Shown here one piece after another: positions 35,929 through 48,036 of a stretch of 64,000 nt of DNA. Below the pieces are notes generated by a model. The model ran no database searches and was not told the origin of the DNA. It saw nothing but the letters and a program-made list of their open reading frames with translations. This DNA is from Diplonema japonicum (lineage: Eukaryota; Protista; Euglenozoa: Diplonemea), in assembly GCA_964019335.1 (NCBI GenBank), contig OZ025698.1:1-64000 (forward strand). The letters run 5' to 3'. Every line of letters begins with the position of its first letter. The first letter of the stretch is position 1. The position numbers and the translations under genes were made by a program.

Positions 35929-37703
35929 CCATCTACCTACGGACCATTTTTGCCCACCAGGGGGTAAACTTTCAAAACTTCAAAAAAAGCTATTCCAGCG
36001 CAACGCTGGGGCTATATGCCCCCGGAAATGCCTCCAGATGTCCCAATTCTAGAGAGAGGGTGCCCACAGCAGGGTCCACCCCCACAACATTGTCAAAAAT
36101 ATCGTTCCCGAAGTGCCCGAGAGGGGGTACAAAAACAAGTCAAAAAAAATCGACTGTAAAATTCTATAAAAAGCTATTTAAGGCCTTCTTGACGCGGTTC
36201 GTATGTGCCCCAGGGCTGGGGAACTTCTTTTTTGACCCCGAGAGGGGTTTCTGGGGTATCCCCGGCAAGGTGGTAGTCTTTGAAGCACGGAGTCACGCAA
36301 AGTTGTACCAAGCAGGCTGAACACTGAAATAGGGGTCTTTTCGACTTGCAATGCTTGCACCGCACGTTGCACTACTTTTTCGGGGAAATGGTCCCAGAAG
36401 GTACTGTCACGGCGCATTGGGGTCTCAGAGCACTCGTTCTGTGTTTCGGGGCATGGTATTGGGGCAGCCTGCTCTGTAGTTGACTTTATCTGTTGTTTAG
36501 ACTGCCTCCCTAGTAGCCCTTCGATGACTGCCTCTTTGAAAGGCGTGAATCCACTGTCGTTCGTACTCAGGGTGTTGGGGGGCAAGGCTTCTTTCCAAAC
36601 AAGCCAAGCATTCGCCAGAGATTTACCTAACAAGTACAAAAATAGTATACTTTTAGGGGCCACTTTTAAGTCATAAGGGAGCGTTTATGGCGTTTTGTCA
36701 CAGCATCACCCAGCGTCGGTTCCGCCCATTGCGGTGTTGTAAAGGGGGCGGGATGTCCTTTCCGGCTTTCATTCTCTTTTGGCCGACACGTCAAATTCGA
36801 CTTCACCGGAACATCCAACGTCGACAGAAAGCACGCTGGCATGATGTCATGCCACGTTGTGGTGCAAAGGATGCTCGCGTGCTGGTGGAACTGGGTGTCC
36901 CCACGGGATGCGCGTCCTTGGGCTTGCGGCCTCGATTCTTTGGGGCATCCATGATCTCCGGGAGGCCTTTGCGATAAGTAGAAGTCAGCACGCTTGTTTG
37001 TTTCGCTGTGGAAACACAGATTTCCCAGAATAGTCAAAAAGCGGTCTCTTGACATGACGGTGGCGTACCCAGGGGTGTAGTTGAGACGTGGAGCCAGTGT
37101 GCCAGAATAATCTGGCTTGATATCCAAGTCCATCGACAAAAGGGCACCTAAGAAGGTATGCAGAGAAGCAGCATCGAGATCCAGGGAGACACCTTTTTTA
37201 GCCGCATTTGCCACATTGTTCGAAGTTATGACCCGAATAACGTTTGGGACGAGCATTTGGGAGAATATATGGTATGGCGTTGAGCCTTTGATGTCAAAAC
37301 AGGGTCCACAAGGATTCCGATCTTCACGAAACCGGATGCCTTCCAACTGCTCCGGCTTTGCTGTCCAATCACCCTGCTGTGACTCGGAATCGGTCGAATT
37401 CGTATCAGAATCACTGTTTATATTAGGGATGAGCCATCAGTGCTGCCATCACTCATAACGTCCTCTTCCGGCCTCTTTCCGGGCGCCTTTTTTTGAAGTG
37501 ATTTTTAAGGGTAAATTTGGGCTGGCGTTTTTTTCATTTTTTCATTTTCTTGTTAAGTTAGGGCAGCATTTAGTTTATTTTTCTCATATTTTCCGCGCAG
37601 GACCCCGCCGGCAAGAAAGGGCCGGGCTGTATTGTATTGAAAGCCCTTTGCGTAACAGATTCTTTTTCAAATCGTCTATATATAGACGCTCGTTGGTAGA
37701 TGG
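35929..37703 (-). mobile_element. piggyBac element, internally deleted
   Basis: TTAA at 35925-35928 and 37704-37707; TIR CCATCTACC(T/A)ACG; FLGALLSM, MSRDRF, CKHC..CSACLVQLCVTPCFKDYH. Confidence 0.9.
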
Positions 37704-37786
37704 TTAAGATAGAAAGAAACAACAACAAAAAAATTAAAAATAAGCTTTATTCTCGTGCGGGTTTGCAGGATTTGCGGGTTTGCGGG

Positions 37787-38239
37787 ATCCATGCAAAAAG
37801 TCACTCCCAATGGAGGTCACACACTGCCCAGGGTCCGTCACTCGGAAGTGACGAAGGCCAGAAGGGAAATATTCTGTGTGAAGGCGAAGGCACTCATCAC
37901 CCGATGCCTCCACCTGAAGAAGAAGGTCAGGGTCCTCCTCCAAACGCCGTCCCATCGCCTCCCTTGTATCTTCTGAAGACAGCTCCTGTGAAGAGACACA
38001 TCGTGTTGTGCACATTGCAGCAGAGAAGGAGTTCGCACCCCTCCCACATCCCCAGCTGCTGTACCTCATTCTCACTGAAAGTGTCATCCAGTTCTTCACC
38101 TTCGAAGTGCAAGAGGAAGGTTCCCACCTCCACCGCAGAAGCCTTTGCCGCCTTCCTGTACAGGTCCTTCACCGTGTCAAGGCCTCCCCGCTCCGTGCGT
38201 CTTCCCGTCTTCCATCTTCACGAACACCGTCAGGCTCAT
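37787..38239 (-). pseudogene. Ubl-LRR family 5' fragment
   Basis: Near-identical to 39178-39637 with small deletions; truncated at GGGTTTGC-like repeats. Confidence 0.85.
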
Positions 38240-38590
38240 TTTCTTATTTATTTCGTTGTTGGTTGCAAACAAAAGCTGTGTTGATTGGACCAATATTCTG
38301 AAATCAGTTTTCAGACTAAAATATAATATAATGGAATGGAAAGATGTAGTAAATTGCGTTCAACGTGTCGCTGATTCTTTCTCCTGTAAATTCGACTCCC
38401 GTTTCGACCTGCCAAGCCGTTCCCACGAGGTGGGGTGGAAGTGTTTTGAGACGCTTTACCGGGTTTGGGGCTCTTTACTGGCACTGTTCTTCACCTTGGT
38501 TGATCATCCTTCCTGTGCAGCCCTTCCATCCTTTTGTGTGCTTCCGTTCACCTGCCCAGGTAGTAAGTTTTTGTAATCAAACTCAGTTCA

Positions 38591-39637
38591 TCAACACACA
38601 ACACAACACTTGAAGCATGTCCTTGGCCGCTTGCGTTCCCCCAAAGGTACATTGTCGCAGTAGTAGTGTTCCCCAACAACTGTGACCCTCTCCCTCAGAT
38701 CCCCGAAGTCAACGGTGGTCAGAGAACGGCAGTCACAAAGAAAACCGCTTCCCAATCTTTTCAAGTTCCGCATCGCACTCAGGTCAACAGAAGTGAGGGA
38801 GGTGCAATTACTCAGAAAATAGTCTCCCACCGACACCACACCAGGAAGGCCAAAATCCACAGAAGTGAGGGAAGTGCAATTGCTGAGAAACCTGTTACCG
38901 ATCACTGTGACATTCCGAAGGGGGCCCACATCAAGGGTCTGCAGAGACTTGCAAGATGACATGAAAGATTGATCCACCTCCGTCACGTTCTGAAGGGGTC
39001 CCAGATCCACCAGTGTCAGGGATTCACAGTAACTGAGGAAACCAAACTCAAGTTTCTTGATATTGTGAAAGGGAGCGAGGTCAATGGCCTGCAACGATTT
39101 GCATCTAGAAAGAAAATAAAGTCCTACTACTCGAACACACTGAAGGGAGGTGAGGTCAAGGGTGACAAGTGATGTGCATCCATGCAAAAAGTCACTCCCA
39201 ATGGAGGTCACACACTGCCCAGGGTCCGTCACTCGGAGGTGACGAAGGCCAGAAGGGAAATATTCTGTGTGAAGGCGAAGGCACTTCACACCCGATGCCT
39301 CCACCTGAAGAAGAAGGTCAGGGTCCTCCTCCAAACGCCGTCCCATCGCCTTCCTTGTATCTTCTGAAGACAGCTCCTGTGAAGAGACACACATCGTGTT
39401 GTGCACATTGCAGCAGAGAAGGAGTTCGCACCCCTCCCACATCCCCAGCTGCTGTACCTCATTCTCACTGAAAGTGTCATCCAGTTCTTCACCTTCGAAG
39501 TGCAAGAGGAAGGTTCCCACCTCCACCCCAGAAGTCTTTGCCGCCTTCCTGTACAGGTCCTTCACCGTGTCAAGGCCTCCCAGATCCACATCGTGCGCCT
39601 TCCCGTCTTCCATCTTCACGAACACCGTCAGGCTCAT
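38591..39637 (-). CDS. Ubl domain + BspA-like LRR protein with C-terminal CaaX (CVVC)
   Basis: MSLTVFVKMEDGKAHDVDL..TVKDLY..LHFEGEELDD (Ubl); 22-23-aa FLxxCxSLxxVDL repeats; basic patch then KCCVVC-stop. Confidence 0.85.
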   Translation of the reverse strand: MSLTVFVKMEDGKAHDVDLGGLDTVKDLYRKAAKTSGVEVGTFLLHFEGEELDDTFSENEVQQLGMWEGCELLLCCNVHNTMCVSSQELSSEDTRKAMGRRLEEDPDLLLQVEASGVKCLRLHTEYFPSGLRHLRVTDPGQCVTSIGSDFLHGCTSLVTLDLTSLQCVRVVGLYFLSRCKSLQAIDLAPFHNIKKLEFGFLSYCESLTLVDLGPLQNVTEVDQSFMSSCKSLQTLDVGPLRNVTVIGNRFLSNCTSLTSVDFGLPGVVSVGDYFLSNCTSLTSVDLSAMRNLKRLGSGFLCDCRSLTTVDFGDLRERVTVVGEHYYCDNVPLGERKRPRTCFKCCVVC

Positions 39638-40276
39638 TTCTATTTTCTTTGTAGTTATTTGCAAACAGAATCCTGTGACAGTGTTGGTTGGACTAAAATC
39701 CTGGATCGCTTTTGAAAAGAGAATAATGGAATGGAAAGACGTAGTAAATCTGCGTTCAATCGGCGTTTCGACTGCCAAGCCGTTCCCACGAGGTCGTTGA
39801 AATGATAATGCGGTGGTGGGGTGGAAGTGTTTTGAGACGCTTTACTGGGTTTGCAGAATCTTTTAACACTGTCTTACAATATTTCTACTTTGGGTACGGG
39901 GATGGGATCTCGTGTTGGGGTTCTGCACTTTGCCTTCTTCGACCGGTCCATGGTGTAGACAGTGATGCTAGTAGTAGTCGTGGTACGTGGGAAGACTTTC
40001 TTGCCTCGTCTGATCGGTCGGCTGCTGTGGTGGCGGGTAGCACTTTACATTCTTTCTTTAAATAAATCAAATTTCTTCCTCTTTTCATTGGTTTCTTCCT
40101 TTGACCCAATCCCCTCACTCTTCTCTTTTCTTTATCACGCGTAATCGGGGTGGTCCGTTATGGGGGGACTTCTCTTTTTTCACACTGCTTCGTCTGACTG
40201 GCGTAGGACATCCCGTACAGCTCCAAATACCTAAGAAAGAAACATGTGTTAAGTGTTTTGTTATCAAACTCAGTCA

Positions 40277-40560
40277 TCAGCACACAACACAACGCTTGAA
40301 GGTTGCCCTTGGCCACTTGCGTTCCCCCAAAGGTACATTGTTGCAGGAACATGCAGTCCTCCCCAACAACTGTGACCCTCTCCTGTACCTCATTCTCACT
40401 GAAAGTGTCATCCAGTTCTTCACCTTCGAAGTGCAAGAGGAAGGTTCCCACCTCCACCGCAGAAGCCTTTGCCGCCTTCCTGTACAGGTCCTTCACCGTG
40501 TCAAGGCCTCCCCGCTCCACATCGTGCGTCTTCCCGTCTTCCATCTTCACGAACACCGTC
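40277..40560 (-). pseudogene. Ubl-LRR copy lacking the whole LRR block
   Basis: Ubl joined directly to ERVTVVG tail; frameshifted. Confidence 0.8.
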
Positions 40561-40877
40561 TTGTGTGAAATATAGAAGAATAAGAAAAACTCAAAGTCTC
40601 AAGGCAATTGAGGTGTTGGATTGCATTTCGGCAAACGGCATGCGTGCTAGCATCACGCGTCAATTGCACCTAAAGTGGGAACACTCTGGCTACGTTGCCT
40701 TCCTTCCTGTTCAGCCTTGAACCCTCTAACATCCCTTCCTTCTCCTTTTTGTTCAGCCTTTTCATTCAGTTTGCCCCGATCTATTCTTCTTTTACATTTC
40801 TTTTTCACCTGTATGGGTATAGAAGGGCGGGTTTCAAAAAAATGGGGGAGTAAGATTTTACAATGAAACTCAGTTCA

Positions 40878-41806
40878 TCAGCACACAACACAACAATATT
40901 TCTTTTTTACGATGCTTGTCCCTGGCCGCTCGCGTTCCTCTAAAGGTACATTGTTGCAGCACAGCATATAGTGCTCCCCAACAACTGTGACCCTCTCCCT
41001 CAGATCCCCGAAGTCAACGGTGGTCAGAGAACTGCAGTAAGAAAGAAAATCCGGTCCCAATATCTTCAAGTTCCGCATCGCACTCAGGTCAACAGAAGTG
41101 AGGGAGGTGCAATTATAAAGAAAATGGTCTCCCACCGACACCACACCAGGAAGGCCAAGATCCACAGAAGTGAGGGAAGTGCAATTGTTCAGAAAACAGA
41201 TACTGATCACTGCGACATTCCGAAGGGGGCCCACATCAAGGGTCTGCAGAGACTTGCAACACGTCATTAAAGAATGATCCACCTCCGTCACGTTCTGAAG
41301 GGGTCCCAGATCCACCAGTGTCAGGGATTCACAGAAACTGAGGAAACAAAACTCAAGTTTCTTGATATTGTGAAAGGGAGCGAGGTCAATGGCCTGCAAC
41401 GACTTGCATCCAGAAAGAAACCTATATCCAACCTTTCGAACACACTGAAGGGAGGTGAGGTCAAGGGTGACAAGTGATTCGCATCTACCTGAAGAAGAAG
41501 GTCAGGGTCCTCCTCCAAACGCCGTCCCATCGCCTCCCTTGTATCTTCTGAAGACAGCTCCTGTGAAGAGACACATCGTGTTGTGCACATTGCAGCAGAG
41601 AAGGAGCTCGCACCCCTCCCACATCCCCAGCTGCTGTACCTCATTCTCACCTAAGGTGTCATCCAGTTCTTCACCTTCGAAGTGCAAGAGGAAGGTTCCC
41701 ACCTCCACCCCAGAAGCCTGTACAGGCCCTTCACCGTGTCAAGGCCTCCCAGATCCACATCGTGCGCCTTCCAGTCTTCCATCTTCACGAACACCGTCAG
41801 GCTCAT
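40878..41806 (-). pseudogene. Ubl-LRR-CaaX copy with internal deletions
   Basis: Paralogous to 38591-39637; ends KKKYCCVVC. Confidence 0.85.
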
Positions 41807-41926
41807 TTCTTTATTTCTTTATTTTATTCTTTTTGTTGTTTTGCAAACAAAAGCTGTTTCTGTGATAGTGTAGCTCAACTTAAAGGGGGCAATTCTATCC
41901 CAGATAATGTGTTTCTTTCCCAAATA

Positions 41927-42222
41927 CTGTAAAGCGAAAAATCCCGAAGAGAAAATACCGGAGTGACAAACTCCCGAGAGCGAAAAAAAAAAGCCCCTCC
42001 GGATATTTTTCTCCAGCCGGCATTTTCGGGAGGGGTGGGGGGACCCTGGCGTATTTCCCCACTTCGCCGGGACCGAAAGGCAGAACGTGTTAGGAGCACC
42101 GGTGTCAGCATCCCACATTCGCGGTCTGCTCCGGTCCAACCCACACACCGGAAAAAGTAAATATTACCAGAAGCCCCAGAGGACCGGAAGTTTCTACTTC
42201 CGGATATTTATTGTTTTCACAG
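41927..42222. mobile_element. MITE, pogo-like termini
   Basis: TA-CTGTAAAGCGAAAAATCCCG ... TTTTCACAG-TA; left end resembles the reverse complement of the 34230 terminus. Confidence 0.65.
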
Positions 42223-42629
42223 TATTTCTCTTTTTCGTGTTCATCAGTCCACCCCACTTTTCTATTTTTTTAAGGGAGTACTGATGGAATAAAGTAGGAA
42301 GAGGAAAGAAAGGGAAAGAAAAGAAGAAGAATAACCTTGGTTTTTCTTTTTTTTAAATCAGACACACCCTGCTGGCTTGCCAAGCCCACCTCTCTCCCCT
42401 TCGTCTGCTGAGAGAGGCGACAAGATGTGCCTTTTCCTTGAGTGACGCTTCATGTAAACAAGACCTGTGGTTGCTTATAAACCGCCTGGCGTACAAGCAA
42501 CTGCAGGCACAGTCTACTTGATTACAGGGGGGTGCTCCTCGGCCGAGCAGTAGCTTCTTGACATCCCGTTCAGCTCACAACCCCTTCAGCTCCAAAAATG
42601 TGTTAAATCTTGCGGTTAAACTCAGTTCA

Positions 42630-42955
42630 TCAGCACACAACACAATACCTGAAGCGTATCTTTGGCCGCTCGCGTTCCTCCAAAGGTACATTGTTGCAGG
42701 AACTCATGTAGTTCCCCCCAACAACTGTGACCCTCTCCCTCAGATCCCCGAAGTCAACGGTGGTCAGAGTACTGCAGCCAGAAAGAAAATATTTTCCCAA
42801 TTTCTTCAAGTTCCGCATCGTACTCAGGTCAACAGAAGTGAGGGAGCTGCAATCACTCAGAAAATCGTTGCCCACCGACACCACACCAGGAAGGCCAAGA
42901 TCCACAGAAGTGAGGGAAGTGCACCAGCCGAGAAAATAGTCACCGATCACTGTTA
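42630..42955 (-). pseudogene. LRR-CaaX 3' fragment
   Basis: Three LRRs; ends RFRYCVVC. Confidence 0.8.
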
Positions 42956-43276
42956 TTCGTGTGGTACCTACCGATTGGGACCGGTGGACGAGAAGGGACG
43001 CAAGAGTCACAGCTGTGCTCTGAGCCCTTTTGCAAACGAATGGAAGGTAAAAAGAAAAAAAGAAAAAAGAAAAAAAAGGGGGAGATTAAAAAAAGGAACG
43101 ATACTCAACACTTTTTTTCTTTCTTCGTTTCCACAGCGAAACAAACAAGCGTGCTAACTTCTACCTATCGCAAAGGCCTCCCGGAGATCACAGAATCGGC
43201 TTGTTCTGGGCTTGGCATTTTCCTTCTTCCCTCCCCCCCTCCCTTTCTTTGCTGGTGTGGCTCTTTTCTTGTTTAA

Positions 43277-44167
43277 CCCATAACACCCCAAGGCGCAAAT
43301 ATTTGTCGTTTTGAAAAATCGTTTTTTTCTCCATGACTTTTTCGTCCCTACGACCCCTGGATCTCCAAGAACGACTATAGTGAGGAGTTATTTTCAACAG
43401 CATTTCATGCTTTACCTTGTTATACACCCACCAAGTGGGTCCCAAATCCGAGTCTTGCTTGCATTTCGTGCGTACTCTTCTGGTGGGCCCTAGAAGTGAC
43501 AATAGTTAACTGCCATGCACTTCAAATAAAATATGGTTCAGGGATGTCAAAGAGATACACAACCCTGGCTGCTTTAAGAGCGCTTTCGAGAGAGCCTAAT
43601 TGATGGGTCCAGCGTTGCAAAAACACCACTCCCGGCACCCAACTAGTGGTGCACACCCCCGATACCCCAGATTACACCAAACGTGACCACCAGACACTCA
43701 AAGGGGGCACCTCCAGGGTCAGCAGGTTGAAAGGATGTACAAAACGCACAATCTACAAATGCTACACCTGAAACCAACACCTCTGTCCAAATAAGTGCCC
43801 TTTTCGTACCACTCTTCCATCACCCCAAAAAGGCTTCTTGACGACTTCGAGGCCGATATCTCACCCGCAAATAGGCTTCTCTCGGTCTGAGACATCTGAG
43901 GGGTCCTGATGCTGCCTTTTTTGTCAAGATGCTCAATCTACACCCCCGTGCACAACCAACTTTGGTCGTTTTTGAGCACCCTACGGCCATTCAACTCTTC
44001 ATCCCCTTTGTATTTTTATTAATTTTCGAACTTCTTTTTTAGTTTTCCTGGTCCAAAAAACCCGTTTTACCTGCAAACGGGGGTTAAATGCTGCCGTTTT
44101 CCCCCTCAAATTATGAAAAGGAGCAAAAAAGGGACCCCTCGGTAGATAGGCCCCGGAGTGTTATGGG
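43277..44167 (+). mobile_element. Non-autonomous piggyBac, 891 bp
   Basis: TTAA at 43273-43276 and 44168-44171; TIR CCCATAACAC(C/T)CC; deletion derivative of 53900-59035. Confidence 0.92.
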
Positions 44168-45082
44168 TTAAGTGTGATTTAAATGTGAGGCGAAAGAAAA
44201 TAATAAAGGTGTATAAAAAGGAGTAAAAACTCAAGAACGAAAGACCCAAAGCAACGCATCACAAAGAGAGAAGGCAAAGTCCCCTGATAAGATTATTATA
44301 TAAAACCAAATAAAAAATGAAAATAAAAAAATGAAACTATTATTTTGAGGTATGCGTTTTTGCGCTCACCGGCCGAGCTGCGCTTAGTCCCCGTTGTCCC
44401 CGTTCTAAGGACTCTGGCGGATTCCTACTGCGGTGGTCAAACTGCGGGGCAGCCTTGTCGGAGTCTGCGATAGGTACCTCGTCGTAGTATCTGGTCAGCA
44501 GCTTGGGCGTGAAACCTACTAGCGAGTTGTTGAAGATGCACGCGGGTGCAGATAAAAGGCGAAAACAAAATAAAAACAAGTGAAGAAGGGCACCAGGAAC
44601 TAGGCAGAGGTTGCTTCCATGGGCTAGCATCACAAGGTTGTAATCAAACTCAGTTCATCAGCACACAGCACAATGCTTGAAGAATCTGCTTGGACGCCTG
44701 CGTTCCTTCAAAGGTACATTACATATCTACCTAACATTTATATGAGGATGTTCTCACTCCCAAGCTCTTCTTTCAGTCCATTCAGCTTAATCGGCCAGCC
44801 TCAAATGTGAATAGAGCCCTTTCCTTCGCAAACCCGTGGAACACCTTTTAACCTTTCTGGACAATCTGTCCATTGAAACCACTAAATCTAAATCAGCCAC
44901 ATTATTAAAACTACTTAATCTAATTCTTATGTTCGCATCTGCTGCCCTGTTGTTGAGTACCTCCTTGCCGCTAGAACTCCAACGTCGCCTGACGTTGCCT
45001 AACCAAAGCTTCAATCTAAACCCTCTTGCTTGAACAAAGAAGTAAGTAGTGGAGGGCACCACCTTCTTCGTTTCCTTATCCA

Positions 45083-45197
45083 TTGGTAAACGTTCTTCTT
45101 CTTTCAATCGATTGTTATATGTACTTATAAAATATAAAATATAGCGCGCATTCGACGACACTGATCAAGCGACTGGCACCTTCCGAAGAAGGGCCTC
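45083..45197 (-). mobile_element. J-B element, 115-bp 3'-terminal copy
   Basis: TSD CGTTTCCTTATCCA at 45069-45082 and 45198-45211; same 3' end as 54737. Confidence 0.92.
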
Positions 45198-45688
45198 CGT
45201 TTCCTTATCCAGTGCCTCCAAGAAACCCAAATAATAAACCATCAAACCACTTGGGGAGAATAGAACAAATCTCTTTGTCGACAATTGTCCAACCACATCC
45301 ACCCCACCCCTGGTGAAACTGAAACAAACTAAAAAAAGAAAAACACAATCTATCTTACGCAGACTGGATGAACACTTTGTTTGAGCTGCGTACCCATACT
45401 CTTCCCTCCTCCCCCTCCTCTGCAATAAAAACTCGATCCATCCTTCTGCCGGTCAGATCCCCCCCAATGCTGCCAACCTCATACACCGGTTGCCATCCCA
45501 TCAATCGCCCCATGGTGTTTGTTCTAAGGTCCATCTTAGTCATCGCACCAAGGATAACACTTTCTCTCGCAACAAGCATCTTCTCCGTCTGACAAAAAGA
45601 AACTCGATAAAACCTCAGTGTGCATGGGGGGTCACTGTTAAAAGGAAAACCCCATTGCACTAGTCCGCAAGGGACAGGGTTGCTCCTA

Positions 45689-46255
45689 TCACAAGGCGAC
45701 ACCCGCCACAAGCGGTGCACGAGGGTGCATGCCTGCCTGCGGGGAATGCAGCTTCAGAAGCTGCACCACGTCCCAGTTCCCTGTTGCCGCTGCATGGTGG
45801 AGAGCGGTGCTATCACACAGCGTAGGGTATTGTGAAAGAAGAAGCTCTGTGCACTTAGGGAAGCCGCACCATGCTACGCAGTGCAGCACCTCTCTCAAAA
45901 CTGCTTCGTCTCCGCACACTGCTGCATTTAGCATCCCAGAGATCTCTTCGGAGTAGCTGCAGTCTGCCGCATAGTGCTCAGCTTCGCTGCCCTTCCAGTA
46001 GACCCCAAGCAGCTTGACAATATCTTGCAACCCGAAGCTCTCCACACACACCACCTCCTCCCCAATACCGCACTCCACAACACTCGCTCCCTCCGGAAGC
46101 TCTTCGCCACCGCATGTCAGCTTGAAGCTGTTCAAGCCCATTCCTCCCAGCTCCCTCACTCTCTCTTTCAAATCCCAAACTGTCCAGTGTTCCAGAAGAA
46201 CAACCGCCACCGTCACTGACTGAGGAAGCGCTACGCTAATCGTGATGGTCTGCAT
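45689..46255 (-). CDS. Ubl domain + ankyrin-like protein, probably truncated
   Basis: TVWDLKERV..FKLTCGGEEL (Ubl); TALHHAAATGNWDVVQLL (ankyrin). Confidence 0.6.
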   Translation of the reverse strand: MQTITISVALPQSVTVAVVLLEHWTVWDLKERVRELGGMGLNSFKLTCGGEELPEGASVVECGIGEEVVCVESFGLQDIVKLLGVYWKGSEAEHYAADCSYSEEISGMLNAAVCGDEAVLREVLHCVAWCGFPKCTELLLSQYPTLCDSTALHHAAATGNWDVVQLLKLHSPQAGMHPRAPLVAGVAL

Positions 46256-46652
46256 GTTCCTTCTTTTCTGGGGTCTTTTTAAAGCTTTGTTTACCTATTT
46301 GTAAAACAATTCTACAAATTAAAAAAGTCTGAAAATAAAAAGGTCCGAAGAAAAACAGAGGTCTCGCGTCCAGAGCTTTTCCCTCCGGTGTTCTTCTTGG
46401 GTTTGAAGGATCTACCATTGGGAGGAACCACCACTCCACCGTCTAGAAAATAACACGCACATCAACGAGGCCGAAACTCGGTCAGGTTGCTAGAAGGAAT
46501 GAGGAAGCGGTCGCCGATGAACCTGAGATGAGACAAATCAACAGTAGTGAGTGAAGCGCACCCGGAGAGGAAGTCCCGAACTGTAGTCTCGTGAGGCTAC
46601 GGGATGTTCGAGGAACCGATGCTCTCCAAGCACGGGATGTCAATATTGATGG

Positions 46653-47072
46653 AAGGCGAAGGGGGACGTCGAGAGACGGCAGCAGTTCACGCGGCACGGA
46701 GATATGAGAGCCTTGAAGGATCACTACTTCGTGGCCACTGACTGGCTGTTCTTCACCACGCTGCAGTGGCATAATGTGGGACAGCGCCACCCCCCAAGAA
46801 CCACGAAGACCTTACGCAAGTAAGAGAGCTGGCCCGGCGAGCTACGAGGGCAAAAAACCTCATTTCTCCTTGGAGATGAGAACATATATTATAGTGCGAC
46901 ATGATCAGACTGGAACGGCCGCCCCGGGGCATCCTCTGCTCAACCCGGCGGACGTGGGAGGCCCTTCTTCGGAAGGTGCCAGTCGCTTGATCAGTGTCGT
47001 CGAATGCGCGCTATATTTTATATTTTATAAGTACATATAACAATCGATTGAAAGAAGAAGAACGTTTACCAA
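46653..47072 (+). mobile_element. J-B element, 420-bp 3' copy
   Basis: Reverse complement of 54737-55156; no TSD seen. Confidence 0.9.
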
Positions 47073-48036
47073 AGGAGTATCGTGTGTCGCAGTTTTCGTT
47101 GGGGTCCTTCCTCGTTTCCCCTTTCGCCACCACCATTTGCAGTGGTTGCTGCTTCCACGCCGCCGTCAGCGCCATCCGGTGCTCCCCCACCTGCACCTCG
47201 CCGAACGGGGGCTGCCCTGCCGACTGGACCACCGCCAGTTGCCGCCCCTTCTTCGGGATGACGCGAATGACCGTCGCGTCCTTCCACCCGTTGTTCCGTA
47301 GCAAGCCCTGCACCTGCTCGCCCGTGATCCCGCGTGGCACACCGTGGAGGTCGAACTTTCGTCCGGCCCCTGTTCCCACCAGCAAGCCAGCCTCCTGTGC
47401 TTTGTGTCTGGCGTCGTCGCTGTCCAGGTTCCCGTCTTGCACCAAACCGAGACCCCTCCCGTTGCTTGTGAGGGTGGCCGTAGGTCCTCCGATCCCCCGC
47501 GCCGCCGACACGTCCCACGTCCTCAGCCATAGTGGTGGCTGCTTCTCTCGCTTCCTCCTGCGGTCCTCTACGAACAAGCCCCCCGCACCAGCCTGCTTCG
47601 CCTTCCCTTCTTCGTTGGCCGCCACGTAGACCAGGAGGTCCAGCTTGGTCAGCTGTCCCTTCCAGGCCTCGCCTCGTGGCTCTGAGATCCCCCGCAGGGT
47701 GACTCCCAGCGCCTTGAGTGCCTTCACCGTCTCGTTCTTGGCGTCCGCTTGCACCTTCGCCCACCCGTCCTCCCCGGATGCGGCTCTCCACCAGATGGCT
47801 CGCAGTACGATCGTGCTGCTGTCGTTGTCGTCGTCCTCGTCCATCCACTTCTCCTGCACCTGCACCTGACGAGAAGGCCATTCCTTCGCCGTCACCTTCT
47901 GCGCTTGCACCGGCTTCCCTGACCTCGCCGTTCGCGCCACCTGCACCCATGTTGATGATGCTGCCTCCTTCTGGGGAGTTTGCTCCCCCCCCTCGGGAGG
48001 GGACCCAGGGCCACCACGTGGAGGTTCCCCAGCCAT
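47073..48036 (-). pseudogene. Probable LINE ORF1-like protein (RRM-like), cut off at the J-B junction
   Basis: GC-rich ORF; KFDLHGVPRGITGEQVQGLL..GW..LAVVQS pattern; no ORF2 follows. Confidence 0.45.
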
